Origin: a virus
Taxonomy: Duplodnaviria > Caudoviricetes
IMG/VR virus record: IMGVR_UViG_3300007734_000746
Location: 1 to 63,746 of that record
DNA length: 63,746 bases
Strand: one strand, 5' to 3'
The stretch's first letter is position 1, and each line of letters starts with the position of its first letter. Shown one piece after another: positions 44,001 through 52,856 of this stretch. The notes under the pieces were generated by a model, which saw only the letters and a list, made by a program, of their open reading frames with translations, was not told the DNA's origin and ran no database searches. The position numbers were made by a program, and so were the translations under genes.

Positions 44001-47000
44001 GAACCATTTACAGCCCAGAACTCAGATGGGTTGAAGTACTCATAATTAGCTACTGGAACCATGCCAAGCTTAAGCATTTCCATTGCAAAATCTTCGCTGG
44101 AACCGCGTTTTTGCAGAGCTTCCAGTAAAGACTTTATTTGCTCATAAGTTTTTTCTGCACCCTTGGGAACCTCTATGTTGGCTATATTGCCGTCGCCATA
44201 GTGGGCATCCATGAGTGCAGCAAAGTAAAGCTTTTCATTTGGCGTCTTGGCTGCTTTGGCAGCTTTTGCAAGCTGAGACGCCCAGGCTTTACGAATGGCT
44301 TGACGTATTTTGGTAGGCATCATTCTCTCAAGATGATGCAATATCTCGTGTGTAGCTGTTAAATTAGAGGACGCATTTTTAATAATTGTTGCGATGCGGT
44401 AAAAGGAATCATATTGACCGCCTTGGCCAGCCTGACCTTTTCCAATAATGGATATACCTAAGTCGCTGACAAGATCCTCGTTCTGCCCCATAAACCAGAC
44501 AGCCAGATCACGAGCTTCGCGCGACATATCTCCAGCCATAACAGCTTCATTCAATCTCTTTTGAATGTGCAAGAACCCACGCTTGCGCTCGCTCGGTTCT
44601 TTCTCAAGACGCTGCTCTTCATCAGCGGCAATAGCAGCATCAGCCTCCTCAACAAATTTTTCATCTGTTATGCGGCCATCTTTGCGCATCCTGTTAAGAG
44701 TCTTAATGGTGCGCTTCAAAGAAGTAGAGCGCTTCTCTCTTTCTTCATCGGTGTAGCCTTGAATGTCGTAGAAGGTTGGCTCTTTTGGTTCTTTGGGTTC
44801 TTTCCCTGGAGCCTCTTCTTCAGTCTTAACCTCAAGCTTGGCCAACTCTGTTTCACGGCCAGTTTGCTTGCGTTCAACACCAGGCTTTGGAGCTGGGACT
44901 TGCTTCTCTGTCACGGTTGTCTTGGTGACTGGCTCAACCTTTTGGCGGATGATGTCATCGCTGTACATAGCTTTACCATTGATAAAGTCCATGACGTTTG
45001 CGCCGTTCTCGGGAACGATAAATATCTTGGCGCCATCCATCTGGTTAAGGTGGTTGGTGATTAGGTACTTGAAGGTTTCCTTGTTGACGTTAATACAGCC
45101 AAAGGAATAGCGCGAGTCTTCTGCTCCAGGCTTCTCTAGCGCAGCCAGGCGTTGCTTGGCGTCAGTCTCATGCGTCCATACAGAGTGCATGATGGTGTTG
45201 GAGTACGGGCCGTTGCTTCCCATGTGGGACTTGTCCAGCACAAACACTTTGCCAAAGTCATAGTCGCCAGCGGTATAAGCCTCACCAGCGCTACGCTTAG
45301 CATCACGCAGGCCCAGATCAAACACGCCAGCCGGAGTAATCCTATTGGCTTCAATCTCATTGTCGCCATGCATGTAGTCGCCGATAGCCTTGCCAAACAA
45401 AGTTTTGCTTTGGAGCAATAACGATCCGTCAGGGTTGAATAGGTAAGTGTTACCGCTTCGCTTGTCGGCAACAATAAACAGCTTGTCCTTTTCTTTAAGC
45501 TGCTTTTCCAGGGCCGGGTAGATGACGCCATACGCACGCTTAGCGGCATCAGACATCGACTGCGCTTCTTTCGGCAGGTCTTTTATCACCTCGCTGGTCT
45601 TGATGTCGTACTGGGGAACTGCAATTGTGTACGGCTTGCTGACAAACTGAGGGTTAAATACGATGGCCACAGACAGCACGCCGTTAGCAATCTGCTTGAT
45701 GATTGCGCGGATCTTGCCGTTAACAGCTTTAGCGCCCTGTGTAATGAAGGCAATGACATCCTTGCGTAGGCTGTCCAGGAACTCAGTAGAGTCACGCTTG
45801 GCGCCGTACTGTGACTCAAGGCTCTTCTTCTGGTCTTCGCTTAGCTTGGAGGTCTGGTCAGTCAGCAAGGCGTGCTGCTTCTCTTCGCCTATCTCTGTGA
45901 ATTCACCCTCAATGGTGTATGGCTCATTTGTCAAGCGAGGCGCAGCTGGCTTTTCTGCTGGCCCAAGCACCTCTACCTCTGGCTCACGAACCATAACTTT
46001 GTTGGAGTCTTCTGCAAAGTCAAAGCCAAACTTTTTGTACAGATCTTCCAACTGCTGGCGGTCAAGGCCAAAATTCTTTTCTTTAATGTTTACAAGCGGT
46101 ACCGGCTCAATGTACAGAGTAACTCCATACTGGTCAGCAGCATCAACAATGTTTTGAAGCGCCTCATTGGCTTTGCCTTGGTTGCGCTTGGCCTGGTCCA
46201 CCAATAGAGCATTGATCACCAGATCGGTAGATTCACCTTGGCCGGTTAAGACGGCATTCTTATCCTGGAACAATACAAGCTGGGGTGTAAGAGATACGCG
46301 CACGCCATCTTTCTCAAACGTGCGGTGAGGATCGCCACCCTTGTCAACATAGGTGCGTGGATCTTTAAGTGCCAATACCTCATAGCCGTCATTAAATAGA
46401 ACAGCGGCCATAGGGTAGCGCAGGCTTCGGCCCTCTGGCGTTTCTACTGGCTCAAGCTTAACTCCTTCTTGTTTGCCTATGTACCCAAACTTTTCAGCAT
46501 TTTTTACTGACTCTGCGTCCATTGATAAAGGAATATTTTTAACCCCAGAATCACGCAGATATGCATATCTATGTCGCCCATCTCCAAAAACGATAGCTCC
46601 ATCTTTGTCTACAGAAACATTTGGGGCCTCTATAGATTTTGCATCTTTAATAAATTCTGCAAATTTTTTATACCGGCCTTCTATTCCACCTTCTCCACCT
46701 TCGCCAACATATTGCCATGTTGTTTTGGAAAAGGCTTTATCAAAAGCATCAGTGTTAACTTTAACTAATTGATTTTCTTTTTCCAGCCGGTGCATTGTTA
46801 CTGGAACATCTTTTCCATTAACTTGAATAACATCTTCAAGTTTTGCCGGAGCTTTTTCTTCCTGCTCCTCCTGCTGCCCACCAATGATGTCGCGGGCTAT
46901 ATTAGCAGCCTCTTCTAAGTCACCGTCATAGTACTTGTCTTGGAACAAAGAGCTGTCAATGGCCTCTTCATCAGCTTCTGTAGCGCCCTCAAAAGCTTTA

Positions 47001-50000
47001 GGATCAACGCCATAGTAAGTGCGAGTAAGGCGCTCAGCCGGAGTCATGCTCTCGGCATTGTTAGCCATGAAGAATGCGTAGGCAAAACCTTCAGGCGTCA
47101 GAGAACGGGCGTATTTATTCTTGCCGCTAATCTTGTGGATTTTTGAACCTTCAGTTGGCTCAACTGGAGCCATAGGAAGATCATTTTGAAAGTTACCCCA
47201 CAGCAGGGTTTTCTTTGTGTATGGATCGCCGTAGAAGTTAGGATCAAACGTCAGGTGGGCTGGCGGCAAATTGTTTAGCTTTGCGATTCGCCCAACAGGA
47301 TTTTCCATTGCCCAAATTTTTGGCTGGAGAAATTCCACTGTGCGCAATACTTGTTTTACCAACTCATTGCTTAATTCAGTTTGTCCTTTAGCATCTTTTG
47401 CCGCCCAAAACTGAGCGCCGGATGACGCAAAGTCTGTGCATGGTGGGGCCGCAAGGATGCCCCAAATATTCATATCGCCAAAGCCCTCATTAAGAAGATA
47501 CTCTGCGCTAAAGTCGTTAATATCTTCGCCGGTCTGTATATCAAAAGTCCATACGTTATAGCCAGCCTCACGCCACGGCTTAGACCACTCACCAGAAGCG
47601 TCAAACAGGCTCATAATGGTCCTGTCAAAATTCTTATTGGTCTTACCCTGGCGTGCGGCTTCCGCCTTCCATTCTTCAATCTGAGCCTTGGCCTCTTCAG
47701 GCGCCATCATTTCAGTTGGCTTTGGCTTAGCTGGCTTTTCAGCCGGATGCATTAGCGCGTTATAGCGAGTATCGTAGGGATTTTCTTCTTTTGGAGTTTC
47801 GCTTAAAAGCTTTCCAACAGTATCAGAGTCAGCTTCAAAAGGAACAACCTTAACACCGTCTTCTGTAATGTCTAGCTCTTCCTCAACCTTCTCTTCCTCT
47901 TGAGCAAAGATATCCTTCTGCCCACGCGCAGCCGCGACATCGGCAGCACGATCACTGCCGGTTAAAGTAAATTCACCAACCTCTTTGTCGGCTTTGGCTT
48001 TTTCTTCAGACTCTTTTTTGGCTTTAGCTTCGGCGGCTTCCGCTTCCTCTGCCTTCTTGCGATACTCTTCTTTGGCCCTTAATCCTTCTGGGGTTGGGCG
48101 AGTAAGCGCTTTTCCTTCATCTGGCTCAGTAGATGGAATCTCGCTTTCGGGCTCAACGCTGCGAGCATTGATTTCACTCTGTCTTTTTTCGTCGGCTGCT
48201 TCTTGAAGTTCAAGGTTCTGCTCCTCAATAGTTAGGTAGTCGTTAATTAATTTCTCAGCCTCTTCAACAGAGCCAAAGATTTGCTCAATCTCTACCTGTG
48301 ATTCGTAGGGAATGTAGTTCTGGTTGCGTACTTGATCTTTGATGTACTCTTCCGCCTCCTGGCCGTCAAAGCCTGGAACGTTAGAGCGCATTTGGAACGG
48401 CAGGAAATCATCTAAGTCTCCATCCGAAACCATGTCTGCGATTGACTTGCCACTAGATCCTTTTTTGGCTTGGAGCTTCTTCTGGTAAACCTGTGGGCTC
48501 TTACCAAATAACTCAGCTATATCACTAGAGCCAAGCTTTCCAACCAAAGCAGTCCATAGGCTACCCCCAGGCTTTCCTTTGATTTTGCTAACAGCCTTCT
48601 CACCTTCGCTAACCCTTTGCTCCGCCTCGGTAATTTCCTGCGGCCGTGGAACAGCCTTGCGGATTACTTGTTGGGCTTGGGTAGCAGAGTCGTTGGCGCG
48701 CTTGATGGAAAGATTAAATTTATCTGCATCAGCACGCTTGTATTCGTTTTGAATGGCGTAGTGATCTCGCAAAAGCTTCAATCCATCAGACAATAAATTG
48801 CTGTATTGAGTTTTTAAATTACCCAACCCTAGAGGAAGTTTTGTATCGTTAACTTGATAGCCAAGATTATTAAGGGCTGTAATTACATCCTGTATGGACG
48901 CACTTACATTATCAAAAGCAGTCTTTGCCTCGGGTGAGGCTGTTTTTTGAAATGTATCGTAATACTTTTGCTCATTAGCCTCCAAGAAGTCAGACCACTT
49001 AAAGCCCTCTTCTTTGGCCTCTGCTTTGCCTTGCTTTGCTTGAAACTCTTGCAGCTTTTCTTTGTAAAAAGGAATAGATTCTTTTTTAAACATTCCTCTT
49101 TTAACACTATTGCGCACCGTATCTGCAAAATCTTTTTGCCCAGCAGCCTCTATTTGTTCAGCCAAATCTAAAGCTTCTTGTTGGTCCGGCGTAGGATTGC
49201 TTAAAGTTTTTTCACCAATCTCTCCTATTATGCGATCTCTCTCAGCTTGGATTTTGTCCAACTGATCTTGGCTAATACGCCCTTCCCTGAAAGCTTTCTT
49301 TGCATTAAAGCTAACAGTATTAATGATGGTGTATTGCTCTTCAATAGGGCGGTCTTTAAGATTGCCAAGCGTCAATCTTTCAGCAGGGGCTGCGGGCGCT
49401 TGTTCTCCTTGCGCTTCTGCTTGCTTGGCTTTAGGGGTTTCAATGCCACTTAGGGCTCCTTCAATAGAAACAGGGGTTGGGGTAGTTGGAGCTTGTTCCT
49501 CCACTTGCTTGCGAACAAATGGGCCGGCCTCCGCTACTGTTGGCTGGATTCCGGCGGCTTTAGGCTCTTCAACATTAACAGGTGGTAAAGTTGCGACTCC
49601 AACAGGAGCTTGTCCCAATGCCTCACGCAGCATTGCCTCTGTATCCATAGATTCAGACGGCGCAGCGGTAAGGCCAGCAATACCAGCCGGAGGAGTAATA
49701 GGAGCACCGCCACTTGGAGGGGTTGGAGGCTCATTTGGACGGGCTGTAGGAGGGGTTATTTCTAGACCAGGAACATTAGCTCGGACGTTTGTTCCTTGAC
49801 GGACGCCTGCGTCTGGGCTTAGTGATTGGCGTACTAATTGATCTATCGCTTCTTGATTGACAGTGGCGCCTTTTGCACCCTCTTCTAATGCCTTTGCAAG
49901 CACCTCAGCGCGGGTTTGTTCGCCTGTTTTGGCACCATAAACCCTGGCCCCAGTAGTAACAGCACCGCCACCTAGCGCTCCAGCAGCCTCCGCCGCAGCA

Positions 50001-51226
50001 GCATTCAAAATGTCTTTAAGATTCTTTTCTGTTAAGAATTCTTCCTGTTCTTTTTCACGAACTTGGCCGGCAATCTGTGTGGCTTGTTGAGCGCCGCCGG
50101 TAAGGAATTCTTCAGCCATTTGCTTGGGAACTTCTTTGACGCCAGCTTTAAAGGCTTGCTTCTTAGTCTCTCCAGCAACAACTTCTTTAAGCCCGCGCTT
50201 AGCCAATGCAGCATCAGGACCAAGTACGCTGTCCAACATGCCATTGATGATGCCAACAGCCAGGGTGGTATCGCCAGTCTTTGTAATGTAATCAATGACA
50301 GTATCAGCCCGCTTGTTCCGAGGCATGTCTTTGATTTGATCTTTCAATGCGCTAAGGCGGTCATCCACAGCCTGGGCCGTGCCCATGCCAGCCCCAAGTA
50401 AAGCAACTCCGCCAGGCCCGGTGGTTACCGCTGCCAGCATGATAGGAGCCATTTGAACTGCGCCAGAGCCTACGTTGTAAGCGAGCCAGTTGGCAAAGTC
50501 TTTGACGTTTTCTACGTCTGTTAGGTCAGTTGTACGTCCTTTGTACTTAACTGAGTCTTTTTGGTATTGGTCTAAAGTCTCCAAAGAGGCAGAGACAAAA
50601 TCCTTGCGCCTGCCAATCTCATCGACTGTGCGGTTACGAATCTTCTCGCGCATAGCTGGATCAGCGCCCAAATACGCACGCGCTTGCGATGTAGAAATAT
50701 CCAATCCGCGCAACTGGTCTGGGTTGGTAATCTCACCAGTCTCAATCTTGTTAAAGAGGTCAAGCCTTTTTTGCACAGTGCCAAGCGCGCCAACATCTTT
50801 GTAGATGCCAGCTTGCTCCCACATGGATGGCAGGGCAATTTTTGCAGCGCTTTCCACGCCTTTGCCAAGCTCTTCCATAGGGCGAGCTTTCGATGGCGGA
50901 CGAGGTGCTTTGGGCGCAGCTGCCACAGGCTCGGCGCCTGGAGCGCCAATAGCGCCCATTACTTGATCCTCTGGGGAAAATATGGGCTCAGCTTGCGGCG
51001 CAGTAAATGGTTTGGCTAGAAGGCTTCTTATGCCAGCACTTGATGGAGTGGCTGTAGCGTAGGCTTGCTCTTGAGGAGACATAGCCGTATTGCCTGCAAA
51101 ATCAGGAACCTTTGGCGCAGGAGTAGGCGGCTGCTTTTCAAGGTAACTTAGGATTTTTGCCTTAGCTTCAGCCGGGTCCTCAGTGGTAATGTCGTACTGC
51201 TGACCCTTGTACTCATAAATGGGCAT
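41036..51226 (-). CDS. Giant polyvalent ejection-type protein (C5-MTase, ParB, GNAT, L,D-transpeptidase, zincin, LPD38)
   Basis: 3396 aa; last gene of the ejection cluster; motifs PPC/ENP, GDGRHR, RNQGKA, H..SFGCIN, HEILH and an LPD38-like C-terminus. Confidence 0.85.
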   Translation of the reverse strand: MPIYEYKGQQYDITTEDPAEAKAKILSYLEKQPPTPAPKVPDFAGNTAMSPQEQAYATATPSSAGIRSLLAKPFTAPQAEPIFSPEDQVMGAIGAPGAEPVAAAPKAPRPPSKARPMEELGKGVESAAKIALPSMWEQAGIYKDVGALGTVQKRLDLFNKIETGEITNPDQLRGLDISTSQARAYLGADPAMREKIRNRTVDEIGRRKDFVSASLETLDQYQKDSVKYKGRTTDLTDVENVKDFANWLAYNVGSGAVQMAPIMLAAVTTGPGGVALLGAGMGTAQAVDDRLSALKDQIKDMPRNKRADTVIDYITKTGDTTLAVGIINGMLDSVLGPDAALAKRGLKEVVAGETKKQAFKAGVKEVPKQMAEEFLTGGAQQATQIAGQVREKEQEEFLTEKNLKDILNAAAAEAAGALGGGAVTTGARVYGAKTGEQTRAEVLAKALEEGAKGATVNQEAIDQLVRQSLSPDAGVRQGTNVRANVPGLEITPPTARPNEPPTPPSGGAPITPPAGIAGLTAAPSESMDTEAMLREALGQAPVGVATLPPVNVEEPKAAGIQPTVAEAGPFVRKQVEEQAPTTPTPVSIEGALSGIETPKAKQAEAQGEQAPAAPAERLTLGNLKDRPIEEQYTIINTVSFNAKKAFREGRISQDQLDKIQAERDRIIGEIGEKTLSNPTPDQQEALDLAEQIEAAGQKDFADTVRNSVKRGMFKKESIPFYKEKLQEFQAKQGKAEAKEEGFKWSDFLEANEQKYYDTFQKTASPEAKTAFDNVSASIQDVITALNNLGYQVNDTKLPLGLGNLKTQYSNLLSDGLKLLRDHYAIQNEYKRADADKFNLSIKRANDSATQAQQVIRKAVPRPQEITEAEQRVSEGEKAVSKIKGKPGGSLWTALVGKLGSSDIAELFGKSPQVYQKKLQAKKGSSGKSIADMVSDGDLDDFLPFQMRSNVPGFDGQEAEEYIKDQVRNQNYIPYESQVEIEQIFGSVEEAEKLINDYLTIEEQNLELQEAADEKRQSEINARSVEPESEIPSTEPDEGKALTRPTPEGLRAKEEYRKKAEEAEAAEAKAKKESEEKAKADKEVGEFTLTGSDRAADVAAARGQKDIFAQEEEKVEEELDITEDGVKVVPFEADSDTVGKLLSETPKEENPYDTRYNALMHPAEKPAKPKPTEMMAPEEAKAQIEEWKAEAARQGKTNKNFDRTIMSLFDASGEWSKPWREAGYNVWTFDIQTGEDINDFSAEYLLNEGFGDMNIWGILAAPPCTDFASSGAQFWAAKDAKGQTELSNELVKQVLRTVEFLQPKIWAMENPVGRIAKLNNLPPAHLTFDPNFYGDPYTKKTLLWGNFQNDLPMAPVEPTEGSKIHKISGKNKYARSLTPEGFAYAFFMANNAESMTPAERLTRTYYGVDPKAFEGATEADEEAIDSSLFQDKYYDGDLEEAANIARDIIGGQQEEQEEKAPAKLEDVIQVNGKDVPVTMHRLEKENQLVKVNTDAFDKAFSKTTWQYVGEGGEGGIEGRYKKFAEFIKDAKSIEAPNVSVDKDGAIVFGDGRHRYAYLRDSGVKNIPLSMDAESVKNAEKFGYIGKQEGVKLEPVETPEGRSLRYPMAAVLFNDGYEVLALKDPRTYVDKGGDPHRTFEKDGVRVSLTPQLVLFQDKNAVLTGQGESTDLVINALLVDQAKRNQGKANEALQNIVDAADQYGVTLYIEPVPLVNIKEKNFGLDRQQLEDLYKKFGFDFAEDSNKVMVREPEVEVLGPAEKPAAPRLTNEPYTIEGEFTEIGEEKQHALLTDQTSKLSEDQKKSLESQYGAKRDSTEFLDSLRKDVIAFITQGAKAVNGKIRAIIKQIANGVLSVAIVFNPQFVSKPYTIAVPQYDIKTSEVIKDLPKEAQSMSDAAKRAYGVIYPALEKQLKEKDKLFIVADKRSGNTYLFNPDGSLLLQSKTLFGKAIGDYMHGDNEIEANRITPAGVFDLGLRDAKRSAGEAYTAGDYDFGKVFVLDKSHMGSNGPYSNTIMHSVWTHETDAKQRLAALEKPGAEDSRYSFGCINVNKETFKYLITNHLNQMDGAKIFIVPENGANVMDFINGKAMYSDDIIRQKVEPVTKTTVTEKQVPAPKPGVERKQTGRETELAKLEVKTEEEAPGKEPKEPKEPTFYDIQGYTDEEREKRSTSLKRTIKTLNRMRKDGRITDEKFVEEADAAIAADEEQRLEKEPSERKRGFLHIQKRLNEAVMAGDMSREARDLAVWFMGQNEDLVSDLGISIIGKGQAGQGGQYDSFYRIATIIKNASSNLTATHEILHHLERMMPTKIRQAIRKAWASQLAKAAKAAKTPNEKLYFAALMDAHYGDGNIANIEVPKGAEKTYEQIKSLLEALQKRGSSEDFAMEMLKLGMVPVANYEYFNPSEFWAVNGSDIVKARYDAVQGGLLARLKNWLKEFGQKIKSLFGLKSDASIIRALDSLAKSDGKFVTREMLGEGYYLSIQNYKGNAAPTALWDTVEPSFTDGLIYQGADKQIDTKRVIERINEKVGQIDERLDAYTKETLYHGRSAERILDFLKDDFRPLLEQMKREGISVEALETYLHNRHAQERNEQINKINLSPDVQDTGSGIKTTDAQDYLSNLPAAEKAKLERFAAKIDDIIDGTQKMLVDGGLETQDTIDQWNKTYKHYVPLQRDDLDFVHTGSGYVGGVGTKGGASKRAVGSVKPVKDILANIAMQREKAIRRSEQAKVGRALYALAITNPNPKFWLPINPNAIKNKAKLIQEMVSLGLTIQDAESLIRPLQTPSIDKTTGLVRYDVNPAQYNSKNVFPVRINGEDRFIIFNPKDERAMRMAMSLKNLDSDQLGFVLGNIGAVTRWIASINTQFNPVFGAWNMTRDVQSAAFNLSTTEIAGKEKEVLKGTLPAMFAIWKSLRKKPASSPEEQALIDLFDQMRLAGGTTGFAKQFSGQSESFDKFVERMRTGAPKEKVNIVEQEMKRLNRGNVKKATQKLFDWLSDYNDAMENAVRLSAFKVALEKGLSEQKAASIAKELTVNFNRKGAASPTFQALYAFINASVQGTARLIQTLNGPMGKKIIAGGIALGVIQAIALALNGYDDGDPPEFLKDKNLIIPIPFAGNNYIILPMPPGLNVFPGIGRILTEAVLIKGGLLKSNQGLGDKALSIGSLILDSFNPLGAGSFTQMIAPTAFDPLFAISANKDAFGRPIYKKDMATQPTPGYERSRPTATFISQGIAEFLNFITSPMGTKHTKGLVSPTADEIDYLAGQYFGGVGREVIKGVGSIKAAAEGEEVPAYKIPVVGKLYGETKTPAAISAKFYDNISQMAEYEHEIKKRIQNKEPVEEYKKANPESKLWQQANNVENRISKLNKEKKMYLDKNDTKNARRIEEMRIKAMKDFNDKVKAAQ
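49571..49592. promoter_or_regulatory. 22-bp palindromic site (intragenic, one mismatch)
   Basis: AACATTAAC-AGGT-GGTAAAGTT. Confidence 0.55.
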
Positions 51227-51234
51227 GGCAAGCC

Positions 51235-52845
51235 TTAATCAAGTTTAATTACTTTTGGCGCAGAAGACCCGCCTCCAAAGAAGGTTCCCATCTTACTAAA
51301 AAATCCTGGCTCTTCTTTTGGCTTATCTTGGAAAGACTCGTAGGTTGGCAATGCACTTGGCTGCGGAACAGGTAGTCCAGCTGCCTTGTAAGCATCCGCA
51401 CGATACTTGTCTCTAATAGCCCGGTAATACTTGCCAACTGGGGAATCCAACTCTTCAGCAGAAAGGCCCGCAATTCTTTTTGTCACCTCTGAAAAATCTG
51501 ATCCCGGCTTGCTTAAGTTTGCCTCAACTCTTCCAATTACTTTTTGCTCAGCGGTGGGCCGAGATTCTCTAAGAGCCTCTAATTGTTCTTGACGAAGAGC
51601 TAGCTCAGAATTTTTTGTAGCTTCTTGATACTTTAATCTCTGACGCTCAATATCTCTTTGGCTTGCATGATTGGCAATCATCTCTTTCAAAGTAAGAGCC
51701 GCATTATTTTCAAGCTGCTTGTAATGATCAAGAGTGCCTTTTGTCTGCATTTCTGTATTAGCAGCGGTAAGTGCATCTTTAGAGGCGGTAACTGCAAGAG
51801 ATTCGCGTTTTGCAATTCTGTCGGCAAGCGCTTTTTGATAGGCAATAGCATCAGCAACACGCCCTTCAATTTGCGCTTTTGCATAGGCCTGGCGCAGCGT
51901 TTCAATGTCAGCATCCAACTTGCCAACTTCAATCATTTGCTGACGCTCAAGAGCCTGTTGAGCCTGCTGTCGTTTAATGTCTTCAGCGGTGTAATTGCTG
52001 TATGACTTACCAAACCCAGCAAATGCAGCGCCAAGGCCTTTTTGGCCACGAGTAGCTTCACCAGCTGCAATTAATGCATCACCAAGCGCGCCTAGTCCCA
52101 TGCGCTTTTGGTTTTCTTGGAATTGCGCTTTACTGGCTTTATTTTGCTCATCAAGCTTGGCAGACAATGCAGACAACGCAGAGCCTGGGATTACGCTCAC
52201 CAGCCTAGCCAACTCTGGATTTTTTTCCAATATTGCCTGACGGATAGCTTCTGGATCTTTAGGCATAGGCTCATCAGTATCACCCCTAATAGCCTTGGCC
52301 AAAGCAGCAGTTGCTGGGCCTGTCAAAGATGCAACTCCGGCTTGCGGCATTGCAGACGCAGGAGGACCTTGCATTTCCATGTTAGCGCGGGCTTCAGCTT
52401 CACCAGCAGTTTCTTCATCTGCCTCACCACCTCCACCAAACGCAACAATACCTCCAGGCGCGTAATGAAACATATCATCACGGACCGGAAGCTCGGCCAC
52501 TCCGCCTCCAGCCATAGCTGGCATTTCTTGAGGAGCGCCCTGAGGCATCCCTTGCGGCATACCTTGTGCAAGCTGCGCTATTCCTTGTGGTGCTTGTTGA
52601 GGCATTTGAGCTACACCCTGAGGCATACCCTGAGGCATTGCACGAGGAGCGCCTACTTCAGCCTCTAGCTTATCTTTAACAGACTGCGTTGGCATTTCTG
52701 TTTTTCGCTTTTCTGCTCTGCTGCGGCGCTCAAGCTCACCCAAAGCCATATAAGGAGGTACCTCTGGGTTCTGGGCATTTGCGTAGGATTTAACTACGTC
52801 AGTAGGAAGATCTTTAAGATGTTCCTGAATTTGTATCAGATTCAT
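51235..52845 (-). CDS. Putative ejection (internal virion) protein
   Basis: 536 aa helical, Q/A-rich, PQGM repeats, AGGG..GGIVAF motif. Confidence 0.6.
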   Translation of the reverse strand: MNLIQIQEHLKDLPTDVVKSYANAQNPEVPPYMALGELERRSRAEKRKTEMPTQSVKDKLEAEVGAPRAMPQGMPQGVAQMPQQAPQGIAQLAQGMPQGMPQGAPQEMPAMAGGGVAELPVRDDMFHYAPGGIVAFGGGGEADEETAGEAEARANMEMQGPPASAMPQAGVASLTGPATAALAKAIRGDTDEPMPKDPEAIRQAILEKNPELARLVSVIPGSALSALSAKLDEQNKASKAQFQENQKRMGLGALGDALIAAGEATRGQKGLGAAFAGFGKSYSNYTAEDIKRQQAQQALERQQMIEVGKLDADIETLRQAYAKAQIEGRVADAIAYQKALADRIAKRESLAVTASKDALTAANTEMQTKGTLDHYKQLENNAALTLKEMIANHASQRDIERQRLKYQEATKNSELALRQEQLEALRESRPTAEQKVIGRVEANLSKPGSDFSEVTKRIAGLSAEELDSPVGKYYRAIRDKYRADAYKAAGLPVPQPSALPTYESFQDKPKEEPGFFSKMGTFFGGGSSAPKVIKLD

Positions 52846-52856
52846 TTTCTTTATCC

